Virus record (IMG/VR): IMGVR_UViG_3300046535_001092
Coordinates: 1-64,000 of that record
Reading direction: 5' to 3' (one strand)
DNA from: a virus
DNA length: 64,000 nucleotides
Below are positions 20,450 through 31,442 of the stretch, in pieces; within the stretch, counting starts at the first letter, position 1; each line of letters starts with the position of its first letter. The translations under genes and the position numbers were made by a program. Under the pieces are notes generated by a model. That model searched no databases, was not told where the DNA came from, and was given only the letters and a program-made list of their open reading frames with translations.

Positions 20450-22412
20450 TTCACAGTCAAACAAGATTGCCACACGGTAGTTGCAACTAGTTGTGTGGTA
20501 GGCTGTGAGACTCGACTAAGCGAGTATAAATAGCTTTTAGGCTTAGTGCGCTCCATTCACCTTAGGGTGGATGGGGGTAAAGTCCGTATACTTGCTCACA
20601 CAAGTATAACAGCATAACGGACAAGGTGAGTAAGGACGTTATGCCTGTATGGATGTTGGGACTATGTTATGGGCTTGCTTGTTACGTCCCTCCTATAAAT
20701 AAAGCGGGTCTGTGCCTCTGGATCAATTGCTAGTCTGACGCTAGAGGCGAGATAGTGACTAGCCAAAGGGTGGCTGTGTTAGGAACCTTGGTAGTGGTGC
20801 AAGCCACATAAACTACCAGCTATTTAATCATATGACTAGCGATACACTCCTAGACCACCTCCTTGATAGGATCAAGTCCTATAGGGATTGCAGGCATCAG
20901 TGGCTCAGAATGGGGCATCTAGAACGTGCTCTATTCTATGAGACTAAGCTTGTAGGTGTAGTTGAGTTATTGGAGGTATATGATTGCAGATCTGTAGGAG
21001 GTTTTGGTAAGGGTCAGCCTAAAGGTCAAGACCTTATGCAACGAGTTAGGTGGCTCTTAAAGAAATATGAAGAAAGGGTTTGACCATAGGCAGCTGTGAT
21101 GGGTAATTGGTTATTGAAGGTAGTAACAAGTCTACTTTACCCGGAGTAAAACGCTACCTACCCTATGGTCAATTAGGTTTAGCCTCTCACATAATCAACA
21201 CGATAGCCATGCTGGGAAAGTCTAATAGTTGGTCCTGCAATTGCTGGTGCTCGTAATCAACATAAGGCCTTAGGCGTTGGGCTTAGGAACCTTATACAGT
21301 AATTGTTGCCCATTAATGGTTCTCGCCATGGGGCAGTTAGATGGTGTGGAATCCGTGTCCTGAGTGTGTTACTTGGGGTGTGAGAGGCTATCACAGATTG
21401 TTGGGATAGGAAATGGTATATGGGCCTGGCCGACTTCTACCGGCAGCATTGTCCATATCGTAGAGAAGCCTATCCTGACAATATAATCACGCTAAAGGGA
21501 GGGTTGCAAGTGCAGTCCAAAGAACAGAAGCGTAAGGATGGTGAGGAGCGCAATAAGCAGTGGCAAGAGATGTCTACTGCTGACAAGATTGCCTCCTTGA
21601 AGGGTCGCAGAGGAAAGTCAAAGCGTCAGATGAAGAAGTTGGAGGAGTCCAAGTGAATCTCCACCAGTTCTACTTTGACAGTTGGATACTGGCTAAGAAG
21701 ATGAGGTGGAGAATTGGGCAAGCATTGTTCAATAACCTCATGGATGTGAGGCCAGAGCTTGCAGAGAAGTTGAGGGGAACTAAGAATGATCCCTTCTTCT
21801 CTGAGTCTCCAACAGATCCCCGCTACGACGCAGCTATCAAGATCATCGAGAAGGAGTGGTTTGAAGATGCCAGTCCACGCCAAGACTCCTGAGGACTGTA
21901 AACATCTCAGGAACTTTGGTTTCCCCATCTTTGAAAGTCCTGTAACCCATATCGAGTCCATAACTCTTGGGTCACTTGCTGGTTTGTATGCTAGCCATAG
22001 TAAGAGTGATATCCTTTGTCCATACTGTAAAGTGGCATTGGATGAGGCTACTTCTCTTACTATGTTAGTGAGAGTAGTCAAGATAACTGGCGATTGTATA
22101 GGACTTGTAGAGGTAGCTCCAGAAGGTCAAAGGGCTCTTAAGTGTTCTGAATGTGAATCCAGATTCACCTTACCAAAAGGTGGAGGTTACGATGCCAGTT
22201 CCAGTTCATAAGCTCTCGTCAGTGCTTGAACAACAGCTTGCACCACGTCTATCAACCTCATTGGCTGATAGATTGATCTGTGGGGCAATCGACATCTCAC
22301 AACATGTCCTTGATCGTAAGGACCGACAGGGGTCCAACAAGCGTACCAGGTCATCCATCACAGTCACCTTGGGCCATTTGAAGGACTATGAGGAACGTGG
22401 AGGGAAGCTCTA

Positions 22413-22808
22413 ATGGACGAAGGCAAGACGTTAAGTGAGAGCATTGACTATGGGAAGCTCAACCCAGACGTTAAGGCTGCATGGATTGCTGCTCTGAGAT
22501 CTGGATCTTATGAGCAGGGAACATCTGTCATGAAACAAGTAAAGAGCCTCAGTGGTAGCCTAGATGACTGCAAGTACTGCTGCCTTGGAGTCTTGCTTGA
22601 GATCAAGGGAGTTCCATCACGATTGGCTGGGATGGTTTCTTACTGCTTCCAAGACAAGAACGGCTTCAACCTGAGAACTGCCTTGGACGATACCCTGAGA
22701 CATAGGTATGGACTTACTATCTTAGCTCAGGGTAAGCTCATTCAGATGAATGACAGTGATGCCAAGTCATTCCCTGCTATTGCAGACTGGATTGAGGAGA
22801 CGCTGTGA
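22413..22808 (+). CDS. Hypothetical protein, CC-motif paralog family
   Basis: KAAWIAALRSGSYEQ..YCCLGV..MND..F..IADWIE. Confidence 0.7.
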   Translation: MDEGKTLSESIDYGKLNPDVKAAWIAALRSGSYEQGTSVMKQVKSLSGSLDDCKYCCLGVLLEIKGVPSRLAGMVSYCFQDKNGFNLRTALDDTLRHRYGLTILAQGKLIQMNDSDAKSFPAIADWIEETL

Positions 22809-23657
22809 GTCGTATCACTGTGGGCAAGTGGATGATTGTACTAGGCATCATAGGCCTTGTAGTCTTCCACTTTGCCCTATTTATCAAAGTTGAGGGAGTA
22901 AAGTGAAGTCTAACTTCTGCAAGCACGATGAGCATGCTGGATGTGCTCCACATGGTAGGATGATCTCTCCTGAAGGTAAGCACTTCCGATGTGATTGCAC
23001 TTGCCATCCCAAACCATCTCTTGTTAAGAGGATGGTTGAGGATGAAGATGACGACGATGACTAAGGAGTGGAAAGAGGTTCCACAGGTTATGTTCTTCTC
23101 GTGGTCAGCTAAGGCACAGTGGACATATCTTGCTAAGAGAGACCTAAACTCGGCTGAACTCGCATTAGAACATGGGGACTTGAAGTCTGCTAAGTGGTAT
23201 AGGGAGCGGGCTGAGACCTACATGGATGAGGCTAAAGATGCTAAGGAAGGCTAACACCTGGCTACATCGTCTGTTCTGCATGCATGTTGACACAGCTAAG
23301 AAGACCGACACGGGTAAGACAAGAGTGTGGTTGGAGTGTATGAGTTGTGGTTGGACATCTACTGGTTGGCAAGTCAAGTGAGACTCCACACCACTAAACC
23401 AGTGCTTGTCACCCTACTTGGAGCTATAGCATTTGCTATCTTCGGGTATGGAGGGTTTCTACTCGTATGGATGACTCAGTTGGAGTTCAATCATGGCAGT
23501 AAACGGTTGGACTCTCCCACCTTGGATAGTAGAGGCCATAGAAGCTGGTACCGTGAAGGTAGTCAAAGTTAAGGATAAGAGGTTTGGGGAGTATGAGTGC
23601 CTGTATGGGTCAGTGATTGGCCCACATGGAGTGCTTGTTAACTTCCTTTGAGGTGTT

Positions 23658-24104
23658 ATGAGTGTTCCAGGTCTAGTTAAAGTTATTAGCGGTGGGCAAA
23701 CAGGGGTAGATAGGGTAGGCCTAGAGGTTGCAAAAGAGAAGGGACTTGAGACAGGTGGAACCGCTCCAAGGGGCTACAAGACTGAGAAGGGCTTCGATGT
23801 CTCCCTCAAGGACTATGGGCTTGTTGAAGATACTTCGTACGACTATAATCCACGGACTCGTGCGAATGTCAGAGATAGTGATGGAACTGTCATATTTGGT
23901 AATACTACCAGTGTTGGCAGCAAGCTTACTATTAGACTTTGCAAGGACTACAAGAGGCCCTATCTTGAGAACCCTTCTATCACTGAGCTACGTCAGTGGC
24001 TCTTGTTTAATAAGATTGCTGTCCTTAACGTGGCAGGCAATAGGTTGAGCCAGAATGCGACGGCTGCCCATTATGCTAGAGGCATCCTCATGGAGGTGTT
24101 ATGA
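23658..24104 (+). CDS. SLOG-superfamily protein (MoCo-carrier/YpsA-like)
   Basis: VISGGQTGVDR..GG.AP.G..TE.G..YGL.E..RT..NVRDSDGT..LNVAGNR. Confidence 0.85.
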   Translation: MSVPGLVKVISGGQTGVDRVGLEVAKEKGLETGGTAPRGYKTEKGFDVSLKDYGLVEDTSYDYNPRTRANVRDSDGTVIFGNTTSVGSKLTIRLCKDYKRPYLENPSITELRQWLLFNKIAVLNVAGNRLSQNATAAHYARGILMEVL

Positions 24105-24650
24105 AGGATATTGTGTTTGGGATTATCACTCTGCTTATAGTATGTGTACTAGCTGGTACCGCAGTTAGTGCTTGCTATATCACTACCTTTCTGCCCCTCA
24201 AGAATGGCTATTGTCAGACCTATATTCAGCCTACAAGCTGGAGTGGTAGTGGTTTCTGGAGTTGGCAGCCATGCCATAAGGTGAATCCCTAATGGAAAAG
24301 ATCATTGTAGCAGAGATGAAACCTGACTGGCTTGAGCCATATAGGACTATGGGACAGGATATCCCAGTCGTAGTTGCTCGACTCAATGCTAGTCCTAACT
24401 ACATGCCAAGGACTAGACTTGATTGGGGCATGATTAGTTGTGCTCTAAGAGATGGCTATGAGGTTAGGATTAGACCGAGAAAGAAGTGAGACTCTAAGTG
24501 AGCCATCTAATCCCTTGTATGAGACATTCCGGTATCTGGCGACCTCCATACTGGTTTAGTTTCTCCTAGGTGCTTTAGATGGCTCTCTTAGGTTCTCACT
24601 GAGACTCTAGGAATACCATTGAACAGCCTCGAAAAAGCGAACACTCATAA

Positions 24651-24722
24651 GTCTAATTAGCTCAGTATGGTAGAGCATCAGCTAAAACCTGAGGGTCGGT
24701 GGTTCGATCCCACCATTAGACA
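24651..24722 (+). tRNA. Atypical tRNA or tRNA-like element, apparent anticodon AAA
   Basis: Acceptor GTCTAAT/ATTAGAC, D arm GCTC-AGTATGGTA-GAGC, T arm GGTGG-TTCGATC-CCACC; anticodon stem only 4 bp (TCAG/CTGA); loop CTAAAAC; no encoded CCA. Confidence 0.7.
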
Positions 24723-24915
24723 GCGACGTGGGTGATTAGGTTCAATGGTATTCTTATGGTCTTACATCTCCATCGCTACACAAAGTTGCAAGACAATGCC
24801 TTCGTCCGAACATGCAAGAAGTGTGGTAAGAAGCAGGGGTTGTCTACCATAATTGCATGCCCGATGTTGGTTGTACGTTGTTGGAAGACGCTAAGGAATC
24901 TACCTAGACAGTCGT

Positions 24916-25260
24916 ATGATAAGGGAGGTCAAAGTGCCACAGACATATACAAAGATGGATCCCACTGAGAAGGCTAAGTGGGTTGCAGCTCTGAGGTCTG
25001 GAGACTACAAGCAGTGTACACAGGTTCTCTACAGTCCTAAGTCTAACTCCTATTGCTGTCTTGGAGTTAAGCTTGAAGTAGTAAATAGGCTTACTCGTGC
25101 TGATGGAATTTATATGCCAACTTTCAAGGAGCTTGCTACTTTAGATTGGAAGCGGGTTGTAGGCATTGATTATGGTGCAATCGGCAGGCTTATCAACATG
25201 AATGACAAAGAGGACCAGAACTTCAATCAGATCGCTGATTGGATTGAGGCTAACCTCTAA
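24916..25260 (+). CDS. Hypothetical protein, CC-motif paralog family
   Basis: KAKWVAALRSGDYKQ..YCCLGV..MND..F.QIADWIE. Confidence 0.7.
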   Translation: MIREVKVPQTYTKMDPTEKAKWVAALRSGDYKQCTQVLYSPKSNSYCCLGVKLEVVNRLTRADGIYMPTFKELATLDWKRVVGIDYGAIGRLINMNDKEDQNFNQIADWIEANL

Positions 25261-25605
25261 CACTTGCGGAGGTCAAAGATGGAGTTAGGTGCAGATAAGG
25301 CCTTAGAGATTACTCGATAGGAGAAGGCATGCCACAGAACCTTATGGTCCATCGAGGCTTGTTCACAGGCTATCACTATGCTGTGCATGCTTCTTACCAC
25401 AATCGTAGACCTACCTTGGAGTTCTTTGAGAGGGAGCCTGAGGCTATCAAGGATGCCAAGCTCAAACTCTACAATTGTAGTAGAGTAACAGTATACTCGC
25501 TTGAGGACTGTACCTTTGTAGGTAAGGCAATACTTGAGTCCAGGTCAGCTAAGAAGAAGCTGGTCAAGTTGAAGGAATATCAGATAAAGGACGGAGAGTA
25601 AGAAG

Positions 25606-25965
25606 ATGGCATCAGCTAGAGGGATGAGTTGTTGTGGGCTTGCGGAGATTGCTGGTATCTCCTATGGTACTCCTGAGGAGGCTATGCGGACTATTGTCCT
25701 ATATAGCTCTCACAACGAATATAGGATCCAACCAGTAATGATCTTCACTGGTGCCTCAACTACTAAGACTCCGCCAGCCTACTCTGAGAAGTTCAAGGCC
25801 CTCATTGAGAAGGAGAAGCTTGGTGATGTGACTGTGATTGAGGCCTCTGCAAAGAATCCTAACAGTCATAACTATATCACCACGTATGTGTGGCGTACCA
25901 ATAAGAAGAACTTGAAGGCTTGGTACACAGGGGCTAAGAAGAAGGCTCCAAGGGTCGTTAACTAG
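25606..25965 (+). CDS. Hypothetical protein, CG-x-x-E paralog family
   Basis: SCCGLAEI..IFTG..LG.V..NPNSHN.I..YVW..WY. Confidence 0.65.
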   Translation: MASARGMSCCGLAEIAGISYGTPEEAMRTIVLYSSHNEYRIQPVMIFTGASTTKTPPAYSEKFKALIEKEKLGDVTVIEASAKNPNSHNYITTYVWRTNKKNLKAWYTGAKKKAPRVVN

Positions 25966-27434
25966 AGATTGTGGTCCCTCAAATCATCTGGGGGCGTAAG
26001 CTGGCATGGGAACTCAACTAGCCCAAACTACACAAGGGCACATATGTCTACCGAGTAGTAACTAGGTGTCTATTAATTTAGTGTAACATCCTAGTGAATA
26101 GTAAGGTAGATGGCGTCTATCATTTGATAGTAGAGATTGCATACAGGCCACATAACTTCGTCATCATCATGCGCTACCTCATCTATGTCGTTGTCGGTGT
26201 TCCAGTGTTCATCTATTACACCCTCCTGAGTGCTTATGATGATTGGAGACTGTCTTGCAGATAAAGGCTGCTACACTCTACAAGAAGGGTCAGGCTCTCA
26301 TAGACAAGTTCAACCCCTGCAATATCACCACAGATGATAAGGGCTATATTCATTGTAGTCTAGGTAGAAAGCCTAGCCGACCAGGAACCACTTACTGTTG
26401 TGATGATTGTAAGTATGTCAGTGATGAGGGTTGTACTGTTAAGTCTCTGGGCTGTAAGTTGGGGATGTGCTTCCAAGGTCCGGTGAGAGACTTCTGGAAG
26501 CAGGAGACTCCATTCCCTCCAGAGTTTATCGTTGAGATGAACAAGCTCCAAGACAAGGCACATAAGGCTCGCTACAACCTAACCTGTCGAACCATCACTA
26601 AGGAGTTAAATGGGTAATCGTATTAGATTGAAGCCCCTCTCCAAGCGTCTATCGGTGGGGGAGAAGCGTCGTAGACTGGCTAGGATTGCAAGGAGAAAGC
26701 TGAAAAATGGCTAGAATCATCGTCGGTGGATCAACTAACCCCTTTGTTAGTGTGGGGCAAGCACAAGAAGGAGAGTAACATGCCAGCCTATGCAATCAAA
26801 TCATCACGCTATATCAGCGACAGGAAGACATTGTACTTCAAGACCAGTGTTCCTGCTGGAGACATTTGCGAAGCCATTGCAAACTTCAAGGAGGTACATA
26901 GACATGAAAGGGTAACTGGAATCGACTGTAACGATAACGAGAGGATTGTAAGACAGGATCGTGCCTGGTATATACCAAACACGGCTGCGGCTCGTTAATT
27001 GTAGGCCAGACTCAAGCCATATGTGTTTGAGTCTGCTCTAGAGATAACGAACAACCAACCTAAGGAGTGAGCATGGCTGGATTGAGTGTGCGTAAGGACT
27101 ATAAGGATGCTGTTGAGAGGCACTTCAAGACCCTAGATGGGGCTGGAGACATTCTCAAGAAGGTGGCGGCGGGGGCAGAGTTTGAAGAGCTTGAGACTGG
27201 CGCAGAGGATGCTCTTAGAGGTGGAGAGAGACGAGAGATTCACTATGTCAAGCTGAAGAATGGCGAAGAGAAGATCCGGATTGAGGTCTACTACCTTTCT
27301 TAAGGGTTTAGGCGGTCTAGCTGATTGTCCAGTGAATTCTGTCGCTAGTATGCTGCTACGCTGACAATGCCTAGTAAGCTCTGCGGGCAGAGACCGCCTA
27401 AAGTATTTATTAACATTTGAGTGGAGATGGTCGC

Positions 27435-28229
27435 ATGAGATTACCACCGTTCAAGGATGAGATTGCAGACAAGAACACAGGGTCAGGCTACTACGGTACC
27501 AATGAGGAGCCTGCTGTGTTGAAGGAGTTGATTAGGGGAAGGATCTACAATAAGGCAGGGTCGATTGCAAGTGGTGGAGAGATGCCCATCCTTATACTCC
27601 TGCCTGTGTGTAAGGAAGTTGTGGCTATTGACCACAGCTATCGCTCCCTGGCCGCATGTTATCTCAAGGTGCTTCTATTGGATGCACTTGGTCCTGAGAA
27701 GCTCTATGAAGTGCTGAGGGTTAATAACTCTCCCCTCTTTATAGAGACTTGTAAGCAGTTTAACGACATGATTCCTGCTGGAATTATGAAGCATGCTGGG
27801 GCTGTAGCAGGCTATCCTGGGAACTATACAGTAGCTACTCTTGCTGGCTCTATCTATGGGGAGATGCGTAGGGAGTGGCTACTCCTGCCCAAGACCGTGC
27901 TTGCGGCTGCATACAGACGATTAGAGAGGCTCACGTTTGTGCATGGGGATCTGGTTAATGACTTGCCTAAGTATGGTAAGTTTAACCTGTTGTATATGTC
28001 TAATGCTCATGAGCATGCTAATCGTGATGCTAAGTATCCCAAGATTGACGACTTTGACAAGATTGTCAAGCCTAATGGATCTGTCCTGCATGTCACTACG
28101 AACTATACGACGATAGTTCCTAAGAAGTATCCTGGCTGGACGGTTGCAAAGACTCTGACAGGGATTCGTACTGCTTGGAACTACCATCTGTTTAAGAAGG
28201 ATCCTGCTGCCACACAAGTGACAGTGTAA
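27435..28229 (+). CDS. SAM-dependent transferase-like protein (DUF3419/BtaA-like)
   Basis: YYGTNE, SIASGGE, VVAIDHS, LTFVHGDL, LLYMSN. Confidence 0.55.
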   Translation: MRLPPFKDEIADKNTGSGYYGTNEEPAVLKELIRGRIYNKAGSIASGGEMPILILLPVCKEVVAIDHSYRSLAACYLKVLLLDALGPEKLYEVLRVNNSPLFIETCKQFNDMIPAGIMKHAGAVAGYPGNYTVATLAGSIYGEMRREWLLLPKTVLAAAYRRLERLTFVHGDLVNDLPKYGKFNLLYMSNAHEHANRDAKYPKIDDFDKIVKPNGSVLHVTTNYTTIVPKKYPGWTVAKTLTGIRTAWNYHLFKKDPAATQVTV

Positions 28230-28470
28230 GGGGTTAGGAACCTCAGGTAATGTCTGCTTATTCATAGTGCGAGTCATTGCGACTCCATATACTATGGGCG
28301 GTAGGTAACGCACAAGTGGTGTAGATTACAGCACAGGGGTTCCTAATATTTGAGGGTGTAACATGTGTATATTGATCATAGGTGGGTTGGTTGTGGCCTT
28401 CGCTATACTTGTAGCTGGAGGGCTGCTGTTCGCCTTTGAGATTGCAAAGAAGTTGGGACTTTAACAAGGA

Positions 28471-28755
28471 GTGAGTATGTTGACATTCTTAGGTAAGATT
28501 TTCACATTCCTTGGTTGGAGTAGGGACGATTGGAAGTGGATCTGGACCCAGTTAGTCGCTGCTATGGGACTTGTAACCTTAGGAGCAGTTGACGTACCTA
28601 TGTGGGTGATGTTCCTATTTGGTGTCACTATGTCTACCACGGCTATTCATTGGGTACAGTTTGTGTGCGGAGTTATCTTTTGGGTGTCTGGCAGGATGGC
28701 AACTAGTCCTCTTTATGGAAGAAATAACTTCCCCCCATCTAGTGCTGGTATGTAA
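28471..28755 (+). CDS. Small membrane protein
   Basis: Two to three hydrophobic segments; AAGGAG upstream. Confidence 0.55.
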   Translation: MSMLTFLGKIFTFLGWSRDDWKWIWTQLVAAMGLVTLGAVDVPMWVMFLFGVTMSTTAIHWVQFVCGVIFWVSGRMATSPLYGRNNFPPSSAGM

Positions 28756-29339
28756 TATGACCTTCAATGAAATCAAGGCTAAGTGGAATGAGGAGCAGTT
28801 CCCCCCACAGGAGCCATATGTTGCTGGTAAGAAGATTGAGGAGCCGTCTGCTGATTTCTGGCTCCTCCTTGTCTATATTGCATTTGTGATATTTGTAATG
28901 GGGTTACTATGATCTTAACCTGCTGCGGCAAGAAGCATAATGGTGCTAAGGCAATCATCAAGCACCTTGGTACGACAGAGTTTACTGGAGATCGTAGGAT
29001 GATATTCCAGTGTGACAAGCATAGAAGATTTACTGCTAAGTGCTACAACTGTAAACTCTGCCGCTATATTCATAAGATTGACAAGAAGCTGTGGAAGAAG
29101 AAGCTAACCCTAGATCAGTACACCGGTATTTATTCAGGTGGAATGCCTGGAACTTGGTTTGAAGGTTGTGAATAATGAGTAAGTCTAAGTCACATCCTTG
29201 TAAGCATCCTGAGAAGGCCCTACGACATGAGGGGGCCTTCGTAGTGTGTAAGAAGTGCTCTAAGATTGTGTATGATGCAATTGAAGAGTATAAGAAGAAG
29301 CGAGAGGCTGAGGGGATGTCTACCTCAGGATTGTAAGTT

Positions 29340-29606
29340 ATGCCTTATAAAGTTCGCATTAGGCGTAACAGTGACAATCTAATCAGAACCTATGATGACG
29401 ATTTAGATTGGCATGATAGCTCTATGTTCTGGTGGACTGAGGGTAACGCAGGGTGTGACTGTAATAGGGCCTTGTTCTTTGCTAGAGCGGTAGATGAAGA
29501 TGAGCCAGATTGGGATAATATCCCTTGTGGCGATAAACTTTACACTGTGTTAGATATTACTCTAGAAGATGGTCGAGTGATTGAGGTTGATGCTCCGGTA
29601 GCTTAA
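29340..29606 (+). CDS. Hypothetical protein
   Basis: FWWTEGNAGCDCNR..F motif. Confidence 0.65.
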   Translation: MPYKVRIRRNSDNLIRTYDDDLDWHDSSMFWWTEGNAGCDCNRALFFARAVDEDEPDWDNIPCGDKLYTVLDITLEDGRVIEVDAPVA

Positions 29607-29668
29607 CTGGAGAAAGCCTCGGACTTCTAATCCGATGACTGGGGGTTCGAATCCCCCCTGGAGCACCA
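29592..29668 (+). tRNA. tRNA-Arg(UCU)
   Basis: GCTCCGG/CTGGAGC acceptor + ACCA; anticodon arm TCGGA-CTTCTAA-TCCGA; T arm GGGGG-TTCGAAT-CCCCC. Confidence 0.92.
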
Positions 29669-31067
29669 TTTATGCTTAACGGCAAGCAGCTAAAACGACT
29701 AGTAAGTAAGATCCCAGATGATGCTATTGTCCAAGTAGCTGGACCTGACTCTGGCGGCTATGATTGGACATATTGTGATAAGGCTCAGATCACAAAAAGG
29801 AAGAATATCTACTTCATTAGTGGGGTCTTTGACGAAAGAGTTTTTAAGGACTAGTTATGTCTACCTTCTATGACAGGCTTATGACTAAGAAGAATCTGCC
29901 TAGAGTCCCAGTCCCTAAGCCCTCTGTTGTACACAAGGTGAAGGTTAAGACTAAGCATCGTAAGCGCAAGCACAAGGGAGAGGTCGAGGACTTGTATGAC
30001 TACTGAACTAGATAAGCTACTAACCAGGCTGCTCCTTCTTGCAGTTGTAGGGATTGCTAAGCTTCTTCTTAGTAGATTCCCAGACGAGACTACTGGAACC
30101 AAGATTCTTGGCACTATTGCCCGCCTTAAGGTGCTTGGGCAGAACGAGATGACTGGTAAGGACTACAAAGAATACTTTGAAGACATTGATGAGGAGTAGA
30201 ATATGAAGATTAAAGATAAGTGTGAGGCTGCACCCGCTAGATGGATAAAGGATCTCCCAACTGGGGCTGTCTTTACTACTAGAGATGGAAGAACCCTAAT
30301 GAAGGTTAGACAGTATTCTGCAACCACTACTACTGTTCATTACCTTGTAGACCTTGCTAGAGGTGTGTTCTGTAACTGGTCCGAGAATCTTCAAGGCTCG
30401 GAGACTGACCGACCAGAGCTTGAGAGCTACTACCCCAATGTTGAGCTTATCTTGAATAAGAAAGAGTAGCACTAGCTAGATAAATATGTGGGGTTTGAGG
30501 TATCATGCGCAAAGGCCGTCTCTCACTACTGAGAGATTTGGTAAAGGTCCTTCGATACTCCTCTTTACAGGGTGAAAAGACCCTGGCCCTGCTCACCCCT
30601 TCACCTTGAGGCTTTATGCAACAAGACGTTAGAATCATCAGGTTCACTTGTGATAGATGTGGTAACCAAGAGGAGTTTAAAAGAGTTGGTTATACCTATC
30701 CAGCTAGGCCTGTAGGATGGTCAACTAGGATAACCTATGGCCATGGACTTACTAACCACTCACAAGACGAAGATATCTGCTCTGGTTGTACAGCAGCTCT
30801 AGGGGGGATATTATGATTGGAGACTTCAGCGATGGTCCACAAGGCTCGGAGACTGAGGGGGGTCCTTTTGACCATACATGCCCGTGGCCTTGGCAAGACA
30901 AAGAGTGTCTTGCGTGTGGGGTCAGAGATTGTCCAAGCAGGGAAGCTCTTCACTATAGTAAGTATGGCTGCCCTACCTGTTCGCTTGCTAAGGTTGAAGA
31001 ATCCCCTACACTGCCTTTCGGAGAGCCAGAGGAAACACAGAGTAACCTTGAAAAGGAGTAGATTATA

Positions 31068-31442
31068 ATGGGTGAGTATATTAATTCACAGACGGCTAAG
31101 TTTGATAGATCGCATATCTCTTGTGGTGTGACTGAGGTTCATCACCTTCCTGCAAATACAGCTAAGACGGTGTTTGCTATCTCTAACTACTTCTACCATA
31201 AGGCCAATCCACGTCCTGGAGCCTTCATCATCTTCTCAGATGTGGTTGATCAGGGTGGAGAGAAGCGCGGTGAGCAGCTTGCAGCAGCTCTAAAGAAGCT
31301 TGATTGTGGTGAGATCATTGAGTCCGTTAAGGCTGTCAACCCACGTACAGGCAATGTCATTAGAGTATGGATCTTTACCCCAAATCATGAGACCTTCCGT
31401 AAGTGGTACCAGGAAGAGCTTGCAAACCGGATAGACGACTAA
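31068..31442 (+). CDS. Hypothetical protein, CG-x-x-E paralog family
   Basis: ISCGVTEV..IIFSD..GEI..NPRTGNVIRVWIF..WY. Confidence 0.65.
   Translation: MGEYINSQTAKFDRSHISCGVTEVHHLPANTAKTVFAISNYFYHKANPRPGAFIIFSDVVDQGGEKRGEQLAAALKKLDCGEIIESVKAVNPRTGNVIRVWIFTPNHETFRKWYQEELANRIDD

Noticed and set aside
24608-24756. YrlA-type Y RNA
   Set aside because: Arm order is that of a normal tRNA rather than the permuted YrlA order, and no Ro60 gene is seen
17983-30610. Known self-cleaving ribozymes or riboswitches in the structured gaps
   Set aside because: Could not match hammerhead, twister, HDV-like or c-di-GMP cores by eye; an Infernal search is needed
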